DNA of 64,000 bases from Yuukianura sp. NJ FZ-2021 (Eukaryota): the NCBI GenBank assembly GCA_046563655.1, contig CM102290.1, positions 14,818,001 to 14,882,000 of the forward strand, in the 5' to 3' direction. Of the stretch, positions 43,204 to 53,200 are shown piece after piece. Below the pieces are notes generated by a model, which worked only from the letters and a program-made list of their open reading frames with translations, did no database searches and had not been told where the DNA came from. Position numbers and translations under genes: made by a program. The number at the start of each line of letters is the position of its first letter. Positions within the stretch are counted from its first letter, which is position 1.

Positions 43204-44237
43204 ATGAAGGGGTCAGGGTACTTGACCATCCTCTGCATTGTGGCAGCAAATCTTGGCTCAATTGCTGCTCAAGAATGTGTCAAGGGCTTCAGTTGCAACG
43301 TAGAAGGTAACGTCCAGAATCTCCTGTTTAAAATTGATTTTTTTTTGGAAAAGCTGAAATTTTGAAAATTAAAAGAAAATTACTAGCCGTGTTCAAATTT
43401 TTTTTTGCAGAGGACTGGAATAAAACTGAAATTGGTTTGTGCAATTCCCACTTTGGTGGATTCCCGAATCTAGAGACTGCAACTCAGAAGTTGGGCCAAG
43501 TTCATCTCGAAGCGTCCATGAAACTCCTGATGATGGCAAGTATTTCAAAACTAATTAGTAATTAATTACCGAAATTTCGTAATTAGAAGCGATGAGTCGC
43601 TTGATGCTTGAAATTTCAGTCGACTCGGTTCGCTTACTGGAAAACGCAGCGACCAGGGTTCCAGAAACTGTTTGAGACGTTGTCTGATTCTGCTTTTGAA
43701 AATGGCGTCCACATCTTGAAGCACTTGGCCAGTCGCGGTGGTCGGCTACACGATTTTAAGCTCGAGGTAAGTTTCAATTAATACTAAAAATAACAATAAG
43801 TGAACAATTACTTTACAATTAACGATTTCAATTATTTAGTTGGGCGAAGGAACTTACGAAGTGTCGGAGTTGGAGGCGCTCGGAAAGGCTTTGGACATTC
43901 AACGAAAACTGGCCGAAGAGACACTTCATCTGATGAATGTCGCCACTTCGGGAGGATCCAATAGTCGGGATGGACAGGTATGTCTTCTAAAACGAAATGT
44001 CAATTAATCATGAACCTTGACATGTGACATGAAATGACATTTTACGCTGACTTTTGACATTTTTGGTCATAGTTTGCCCACTTCCTGGCCGAGGACCTTG
44101 GTGAGAAGCATACGAAGCAGTTGAACATTCTGGCCAGTCATGTCAATAACCTCGGCAGAGCCATTTCCATTCCACCGGAGAAGAGAGCCGATCGGTCCAT
44201 GATCATCTACATGTATGACACGTATCTCCTTGGTTAG
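43204..44237 (+). CDS. Fer2LCH: Secreted ferritin light-chain homologue; exons 43204-43306, 43411-43535, 43620-43766, 43840-43977, 44073-44237 (intron 2 is GC-AG)
   Basis: Signal peptide; CNSHFGGF, QRPGFQKLFETLSDSAFE, SRGG, ELEALGKALDIQRKLA, AHFLAED, IYMYDTYL; no ferroxidase EExEH; NKT sequon; head-to-head with HCH. Confidence 0.9.
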
Positions 44238-44736
44238 AACAGTTCAGAGTCTACATTCAAATCAACTTTAACTCTACATGTTAATTATTCAATTAGTAAT
44301 TGATAACTCCCCTTTGTCTCTTACATTTCCATCCGGTGTATCACCTTCCCCCGCCACCGTCTTATCTTGGAAACTGAGATGACAAGAGATTTGACCTGTA
44401 ATAAACAAAAACCTTGTAAAAACTGTGCAGCTCCTATCTTGACAAGACGACATGAGAAGGTCATAGTTTAATTACTAATCAACTTAGTACCTGTCCAGTT
44501 GTATCCTCCCCTCTGGACCACATCCAAGGGATCCAGCCAAGGAAGAAACACGTTCATCATGTGGTGGGAGGCAAAACTTGTGTCTTTGTCTTTCCTGGAT
44601 TCTGCATGTCCACAGTGGACAAGTCCACTAGACATTGTCCACAAGTTGACATTGACATCCTCCCAGTCCAGAGGTTACGCTTGTCAGAGCAAGACGTTCT
44701 TTTTTTTGTCAAGGAAGTAAAAAGTAAAAAGTCAAG

Positions 44737-46398
44737 ATGGCTGCCAACAACGCCACGCAGTTCATCGGAAGCAAAATCAGCCTCATCTCAAAGGCGGAGA
44801 TCCGCTACGAAGGAGTTCTCTACGCACTAGATGTTAAGAAAGCGACCATTTCTCTGGCCGAAGGTAATTTAAGGTCATTCAAAGGTCAACTCAAGGTCAA
44901 TTACTTTCTTTTCAATGCAGTTCGAGTCTATGGGACGGAAGACCGGCCCACATCCAGGCCAAATCCGCAACAACGGGAGATCTACGACTATGTCATCTTC
45001 AGCGCATCGGATATCAAGTCGATTGACGTTATTGAGCCACCGAAGCAACTGGTGACGTCTGAACCGGAGAAGATCACGGTGGATCCTGCTGTCGTGGAGG
45101 TGTCAAACAGCGTAAGTTGGTCAACGGAAGGCATAACATAGAAGGCTGTTCTGTCCGCCATTTTAATTGTTGTGTCTCCATGCTCCTCTTCCAGAACTCT
45201 AACAGGAGTACTGCGTCAGGATCTGGAAGTTTCTTTCCAAGGAACAACGGTGGACCAGGACGCGGAGGTTTTGGCCCCAGCAATCGACTGACACGTCAGC
45301 AAAGACAAAAAAGTAAGCAAATCTACTGCTCAACTTTGTCTCTTTTGATTTTTCTGCTGCTTTTAACAATTTACATGTCACTTTTGCATACAATTGGACT
45401 TAATCTTTGACAATCTGTAGTCAACTTTTATGTCAATGTTATCAATTTATGCAAATTAGCTGACTTTATGTAAAAATAGCTTTATGCTAATCCCGAATAA
45501 CTTTGGACAAGAAATTGTTATTGAAATTGTCTTGTGTTTTACAGGTTTTCTTGACGGCCTTTTGCGAGGACAGGGCAACAACTCTGACCAAACTCAAGGA
45601 GGCAATGACTTTGGTGAAATGTTGGAACGTGAACGAGGTGAAGGCGGACGATTCCGTGGAAACCGCGGCGGTCCACCACGCCGTGATCCATTCTTCGACT
45701 ACCTTGGACGTCAAGATGGTAGTTTGAATAGTCCCCGCGGCGGTCGCGGAGGTTGGATGGGTGGACCAGGAGGACGTGGAGGCTATCGTCGACGACAAGG
45801 AATGTTCAGACAGCCGCAAACGGCCAAAGTAACTTTCGACAGTGACTTTGATTTTGAAAAGTCCAATGAGGAGTTGATGGCTAAGCTCAAGGACATGAAG
45901 ACTAATGCGAATGCTGCCAGTACTACTGGGGAAACTACTGAGGTCAAGGAAGAAACTGCTGGGTCACTTCAGGCTGAAAATGACGAGAACAAGAAGCCGG
46001 CGGTCATTCACTACACGAAAAACAACTTTTTCGACACGATCAGCTGTGAGGCTCTGGAGCGGGCCAAGGGGTAAGCTTTCCCAAGCGGAATTTTGAATTT
46101 TTAAAACGTTTCGAAAACGTTGGGAAATGTTAGAAAAAACGTTAAAAACGTTTGTCTAACGTCTGTTTTTTGCACTTCCAGCGCCATGGCTCGTCCTGAT
46201 TGGCGGAAGGAATTCAAGCTGAACGCTGAAACGTTTGGACTGAGCGGTCGTCGGGGTGGATTTTACAGAAACAATGGAGGTCCTGGTTTCTATAACAACG
46301 CTGGCTACGATAATCGCTGGAACAACTACGGATCACCGCGTCCTGGCGGTGGCTACAACAACTGGTACAACAATGGACAAGGTCGCGGAGCTTACTAG
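44737..46398 (+). CDS. LSM14: LSM14/RAP55/Trailer hitch P-body protein; exons 44737-44863, 44921-45111, 45195-45312, 45545-46070, 46182-46398
   Basis: LSm14 domain (FIGSKISLISKAEIRYEG...YGTEDRPT...YVIFSASDIK), RGG tracts, FDF (FDSDFDFEKSN), FFD (NNFFDTISCE) and TFG (KLNAETFG) boxes. Confidence 0.95.
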
Positions 46399-46699
46399 GC
46401 TCTCAGTCATCATGAAATGCTGGAATGAATATGAAAATCACAAGTTAGAGTACTTGGATGCTTCTAAGTTGATTAATTTCCCAACTAATTACTTAAACCT
46501 ACTTTTTGGAAAAATGCTAACTGAAGTAGTTCGTTTGAAAGGGTGGAACCAATTAATTTAATTGATAGTTTTTAGTTTCTTTCCAATTGAGTTTAGAAAT
46601 CATGCCCAACGGAATAATTGTTTTGTTCTAAAACTCCCTACACGATTCAAATAAATTCTTGTAGTCATTACAATAACTTCCTCCTTCACAGGTCTTGAT

Positions 46700-46882
46700 T
46701 TTTACTTTGTCACTTGGACTTTCATTTTGACTTTGGAAGTTGACTTTCATTTTGACTTTGGAAGTGGACTCTCATTTTGACTTTGAAATCTGACTTTGGC
46801 CTCGGCATGTGACTTTGACTTTTTTTTTTGGAAGTTGACTTTAAGTTTGTCACTTGGACTTTTTTTTGGAAGTTGACTTTTT
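46700..46882. repeat. Degenerate tandem repeat (cattttgactttggaagttgacttt-like)
   Basis: Several copies of about 25 bp between the LSM14 poly(A) signal and the SMIM15 promoter region. Confidence 0.75.
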
Positions 46883-47540
46883 CTTTGTGTTTTCAATGGT
46901 TGCCGGAGGAGGAGGAGCCGACTGCAGAGGAGGCGTGGCCAGGTGACGTCATACGCTTTCTCTTTTCTAAACAGAAACGCAGAATTACGATACGTAAATT
47001 AATTAACACCTTCATTCATAATTAATCAAATTCTAATTTTCAAAATCCAGCAAAGTCGTTAGCATAACCTGACACCTAATATTAGGTTACCTAATTAGTT
47101 TTTAAGCATTTTTGGCGGGTGATGCTGCTAACAAAGTTGATTTCCGTTCGGAAGTGGTCGGACTCGGAGGAGATGCGAATCCTTGTGATTACTTTGGTTT
47201 TGGAAGCGGAAGCAGCTTCCAAGTGAAAGTGGAAACCCGAGAAAGGCTTCCCGTTTTTTGCTTAGCTTCTTCTAAGCATATATCCCTCTCTCCCTGCCTC
47301 ACCATAACGCATTTCATTTCAACGAAACACGTTTAAAAACAAAAGATTTTGAACTTTTTCATAAATTTCCAAAGAAAGTTTGAGTCTTCTGCAAAAATTG
47401 GATCAAATCCATCGGCGTCCTCCGTCAAAACTTTCTTGAAGTTTCTCTGTAAGTTGAAAAATTAAAATTTTTATTTTCTTACAGCAAATAGTTCAACAAA
47501 ATTTTAACATTTTTCCAAATGAGCAGATATAATCCGTGTC

Positions 47541-47831
47541 ATGTCCAGTGACGAATCTGAAGTTGTTGGAGATGCTGGAAATGCTGGGGATGCTGGCGGT
47601 GAGGAGTGGTGGAAGTCGTGGTTCGTGTGGGTGGTGACGAATCCGTGGGACTTTGTGTTCTACTTGGTCCTCTGTCTGTCACCGCTCTTCGTCATGTCCC
47701 TCGTGTCGTCATGGAAACTGGCCAGGACACAGACACAGGTCAAGGCAGACAGGAAGAGGTCACCCAAGAAGTCTAGCACCAAGGCCAAGTCAACGCGGAC
47801 GCTAAGAAGCAACTCATACAAGAGTGACTGA
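47541..47831 (+). CDS. SMIM15: Small integral membrane protein 15 (UPF0542)
   Basis: WVVTNPWDFVFYLVLCLSPLFVMSLVSSWKLAR followed by a basic tail; matches the SMIM15 pattern DPxxF...LxPLF...SWKLA. Confidence 0.85.
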   Translation: MSSDESEVVGDAGNAGDAGGEEWWKSWFVWVVTNPWDFVFYLVLCLSPLFVMSLVSSWKLARTQTQVKADRKRSPKKSSTKAKSTRTLRSNSYKSD

Positions 47832-47868
47832 ACTTCAACAACTAAAAGGGCAAACGGTTCCACGCAAT

Positions 47869-48019
47869 ATGGTCAAAAACAATTTGGTCAAAAAGAAGGT
47901 CAAACATAAGAAAATATAGCCTCAGCGAACCTTATCAAGTAGATAATATCTACTATTTGTAACGGTGGACATATTACTTTTTGACCTTTTCACTTTTTGA
48001 TCAAATTGGTTTTGACCAT
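47869..48019. repeat. MITE-like fold-back with about 35-bp imperfect terminal inverted repeats
   Basis: atggtcaaaaacaatttggtcaaaaag..aaggtcaaa versus tttgacctt..ctttttgatcaaattggttttgaccat. Confidence 0.7.
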
Positions 48020-48583
48020 TTGACCTACTATATAGTTCAACTATATGCCAATTAACTTATGTTAGGTTAGTGTGCATAACTTTTCTATGTCATGACCTTG
48101 GTTAGATTACAGTTCAGGGTAGGCCACGTTGATCTCACGATATCTCGTCAGTAAGCTTTAAAATCTTCCAGTCATGATCTCTGTTCGGTTAATTGAAATT
48201 AATGTTAATTATTAATCTGACTTGTCAAGGTCATTCCGAAAGTTGACGTTCCGACTGGTCCTGCTTTTTATTTTTTTTTTTTGTAATTCCGACTTCTATA
48301 GTTTGTTGGAGCGACGATGATTCCGGTAACTTGAAATTCAAAATAGAAGTAAATCTCTTTACTTTGTTCAAACAGCCTTTTTTCTAGAAAACGTTGGAAC
48401 AGGTCACAGAATTGTAAGACTTTAGCATAAATTATGTAATAAAATGTACAACTATTGATATTGTCAGCTGACACTTCCAAAATGTCTACTTACGCCTGTT
48501 TATGTCGATAACACACAAACATACTTGAAGTGCTTACAGACAGGTCAAAGACGACTAGGTTTTGCTAACGACGAGGAGAGTCT

Positions 48584-49260
48584 TCAGTCTGGCCGATTCC
48601 GAGGATTAGGTTTCCCGGGAAAGTTTTCATACTCGTCATATGTCGGGAATGGCTGGAAACAGAACAAAGGCGACCATTAATCGTCTGATATGCTAAAACT
48701 AATTAACATTAAAGTGAAAAGTTACCTGAGATCCTTCTTTGATTGGTTGTGGCTTCCCAGTGGGCTCTTTCTTCTCAAGTTCAGCAGCATTCTTCTTCTT
48801 TAGATCCGAAATGGCCAAGTTCCTCACAATTTCGTCTTCTGTCGGTGCTTGTTCTCTCCTCCCTCGTAGCCAAGCTAGATTAATTGAGTTAGTTAGTTGA
48901 GTCGATTAATTAATTAGTTTTGTCCTAAGCGTTTTAGTTGATGTAAAGCGTACATTCCCATTCGGATGGCATGTTAGGTTGCTCAAAGTCTTCCTTTACG
49001 GCTGGTTCGAACCACCTCGATGCCTTCCTGCGGCCAATACTTGGATCTACTCAACCATAGAACTACGTTAATCGTTAGAAGACCTTAAAAATTGTTGATT
49101 AATTTGATTAATCACAAGATTTGCTCGTACCTGCCGGAATTTCAAAGTACTTATTTCCGAACTGATCTTTTCCGACTGAGTTCCCTTGGATTTGTCTAGG
49201 ACGTAAGGACTTCATGAAGTTGTTGAAAATAATGCGCAAGATTCCCCGTTCCTTGGACAT
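48584..49260 (-). CDS. NDUFAF2: Complex I assembly factor NDUFAF2 (mimitin); exons 49260-49131, 49046-48954, 48874-48726, 48652-48584
   Basis: IFNNFMKSLRPRQ..VGKDQFGNKYFEIPADPSIGRRKASRWFEP..SEWESWLRGRREQAPT..KKKNAAELE..FPTYDEYE. Missed by the ORF track because the exons are short. Confidence 0.92.
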
Positions 49261-50221
49261 CGTTCTGCAAACGAAAAGTGAACGTCAATTAGTAATTAGC
49301 AGTGCTTAACAGAGTGACAAACATTTACTTACGACGAGAAGACGTTCGTGGCCCAATCAGATGTCGACGTTCAAAGGTCCGTCGGCTGATGGTTTCCAGT
49401 TATTAATCTAATCGTCAATTACTCAAGTGACAATTAATCGTCAAGGTAATGCCGGTTAAACTTAAAAGTCAGCTGCTAAAGTTTTTTTTTTTGTTTTGGG
49501 CACTTGTGAATGGAAAGGGATTCAAATTTTTCCCGCCATGAAAAACAAAACAAATGAAGTTTGTTTGGTACAATAGTAACGTCTTTATTATCCTTAAGAC
49601 ATTAGTGCTGTTAATTAAGTTAACTAATTAATTACTGAATTAACTGCGATATTCATGTCTGTGTATGCAGTATGCCAACTCTCAAAAGTCGGTTAAAAAT
49701 GTTTATTCAAAATGTGACGATTGAAAATTCGTTTGTTTTAGACTAACAATTTAGCTAGTGTGTAGCAATTTACAAGCATGATTCTATTCTAATTACCCGA
49801 ATTCGCTTAATTTCAAGTTTTGTAATAAAGTAATTAAAATTTTACGTGATTTGTAATTAGTCAAGGTAGAGAGGACTCTATGCAGATAGATTTCAAAAGT
49901 TAACTAAAAGAAGTTAAAAACTTGCGTTGATGTTGCATGGTAAGTTGTAGAGGTAAATGAATTTCGCAATATTTTATGAAGTACTTAATACTTACGAATA
50001 CTTGATTATAGTTACAGGACTTGGAAGGTAGCGTTTAGTTAACTAGCGTTAAATTAACCCACCTTCATTAATTTAACGCTAGCTTAACGAAGCGGGAAAA
50101 GGTATGTTTTAAAGTGGTAAAAAGCAAGAAAAGAAATAGAAACCAAAGGACTAAATGATCCCGTAGTTCTTTCTTGTCCTTGCCAAAGAATACAGAGTCT
50201 ACTCTTTGGCAAGGACTAGCG

Positions 50222-53200
50222 TCAGTCTATCGTGATCACTTCGGGGTCATGACCTTGACTCGTCACTTCTGGCCCAATGGACGATGGTCTTGTCACGACC
50301 ACTTCATGTCCAAGTTTCCTCATCGCAAGATGCTTCTTCTTCGGCGGAAGTGGTGGAGTGGAGGCACTCTGACTTCCAATTGCTATCATCTCAGGCATCG
50401 GTCCTACAAACAACGATTCAAAAACGTTTTAATTTTGGTGCCAAACGTTTCTAACACGAAATCAAACCGAAACATGCCATTTTTCTTACTTTTGATCCCC
50501 CGTTGACCTTCTCCTTCGAGCATCTGCTGCCTCACACTGGTGATGACACTGGCTGGACCGACCTTCACTGGAGACTTGGTCGTCAGGTCAATAATTTCCG
50601 GAAACTCGGCAGTACTGCCAGCATGTGGCGGTGTTTTATTTGCAGAATGTGCTGCCGGAGGTGACTGGACGACAGTGTTGGTTTGTCTTGTCTTGAACTG
50701 CCCCAGGCCAGGATTGGACACTATCGTCGTTTGAGCTTTGAACGGAGACGTATTGAAGTTGGGAACGCTGCTCATTGGCGGCGGTGGAGATCTGTATCGC
50801 GGTGGAGAGTACTGCTGATGTCGCTGACTTCTGCGTCTCGGCTTCACTTTGGCTGCAGAATCCTTCACTGAATCGCTGTTTCCACTTTTGTTTCGTTTCC
50901 GCATGTCTTCACCTTGTTTCTGCTTCGGATTCGCTTGACCAGCTCCGGAATCAGCGACATATCCATAAACCGGTACGGATTCACCTTCCAGAAGAACCGA
51001 TCCAGGCTGGACAGCGCTGATTGGCTGCTTTTCGGATTGGGCAAGTTGGTGATTGGTTGATTTCCGATCAGCTGATGCCGTTCCAGTGCCAACTTGCTTC
51101 GTTTGAACTTTGTCAACTGCTACAAGAGGTTGGGGGCGGACTAACTTTATCGCCTGAGGTATCACCGGGTTCAATTGAGTGGCTGGAAGCGATTGCTTAT
51201 GCAGCGATTTCCTACTTGCCGGAACCGCTGTAAGCGATTTTTTAGTCGCTGGAGCAGTAGAAAGCGATTGTTTATAACTTTGTTGCTTTTCGAATTGTGG
51301 CGGGGGAGTTTGTGAAAGTTTTTTCTCACTTTGCCCCAGCCCGTGATTACTCTTTTGCAGCGATTCAAGTCCAGGAAGCGACGCTTCTTTATTACTTTGT
51401 TGCTTCTCAGCCAAATTCAGCGATTGCTTCAGAACTTCTCCAACATCCCCTGGCGCTTGCTGTTTAGCCGACGCTGAAACGGGAGACAGCGATTTGACTT
51501 GGAACTTGGAAATGATATCCGCTTGGATCGCTGGAGACATGAAGTAGTTTGTGTACTTCGATAACAAAGTTGTGTCTATCGGAGCAGGCGTTGAGGTGAA
51601 CAGCGATGTCGCTTGAGGTTTGTATGGATTCTTGTCCCAAATCGCTTTAGTTTTCTCAAACATCAGCATCGCTTCGTGTGCTTGCATGCTCAATTCCTTG
51701 TACTTCTCGGAAATTGAGGGATTCAAGAGGACTGGAACTGGAGGGGGCGGAGTTGCTGTGACAGGAGGCGGAGTTGAGGATTGGAGGTGCTGATTGGTCG
51801 ATTTGAGTTTCAAAGTTCCCGAGAGTTGCTGAGAAGATACTGATGCTGATGCTGGATAGTGTTCTACTAAATCTGGAAGTATAAACTCCTCCGCTGTAGC
51901 AGTTGATGCTGGAGGAGCTGGAACGGGTCGTGGAGGAATCGCTTTTGCAGTTCCAGCTGGAATTGGCTTGATACTTGGCAGAGTCTGCTTTGTGATTGGT
52001 TGAGGAGTCTGCTTTGGTGTTGGTTGAGGATTCTGATTCTGCTTTGTGATTGGTGGAGGTGGAGGGGTTGAAGTTGCTTTTGGTGCAGCGTTTGTGTTTG
52101 TACTGGAAGCGTAAATTCCTGCTTGAAATCCATACAAAATTTGCAGTTGTTTCAAATACTCTTCAGTCGTTTTTGGAATTGACATCAAATTCGGTACTTC
52201 CCGCCCGGATTTGCTCACCGCCTCTCCTGTCTTCTTTGGTTGACCAACATTTGGTTCCAGCCTGGGCTTCTTCCGACCCACTTTTGGACCGCTCCAGGGT
52301 GGTACCGTCGGTACTTGCGGTACCAAAACAGGAGGAGGCGTACCAGCATCCGGTTTAGGCAGAGCAGCAGCAGCTCGAACAATCTTGGTCATTGTCACTT
52401 CGTCAGGAAATGACAGGCGTTTGGACGTTACTTGTGATTGTTCTTGGACTATACCGGCCAAATGCTCTACCGGAACAGTTTTGAGTATCGGTACCGAAGC
52501 CTGGAGTTTCGGCATTGCTTCGGTATTACCACTTTCAGAAGTTTTGGTTCTGCGTCTGTGCGAAGTCTTCAGTTTCGTCGTCCAAGCCAAATGCTGGTAG
52601 TATTTCAGCACACACTCAAGTGTTGTCGGTTCGGGAGGAAAGCCCTAAGGTCAAAAGATATTGTTAAAAATTATCTTCGATATATCACCTCGATAAAATA
52701 CTTTTAGATAAGATAAAGTACTTTTAGATGCTTCGATAAACCGATACTTCCGCAAGATACTCCTAGATACCTCGATATATAGATACCTCGATAAGATACT
52801 TTTGGATACTTCGATACTAACCTTTGAAGCTATATTTTTTTCATAAGCTTGAACAAGTACTGGCCCCATTCCGTTATCCTTGACATTATTCTTCTGAATC
52901 TTGAGATAAGAAGCGTAAATGCCGAGTGCAACTTCGTGCGCTGTGTTTCCAGCGTCACTCAAGCGTCGTCTAGCAGCCACATACGCACTGGTGAGCGCCT
53001 GTTTAGAAAACTCTTCTCTCTCCGAGTTCTGGAGATACTTCTTATCCGAATCCGGCACTTTGGACAACTGGATCCCAATCTCCGCCAGCATCTCGTGGTC
53101 ACCCAGGCAACTCAAAACTTCCAGCAGATTGTTCACTGTTTTGGACATGTGATAAGGAAAACTGCCCGGACGGTCGATATCGTCAATCGGATTTCTCCAA

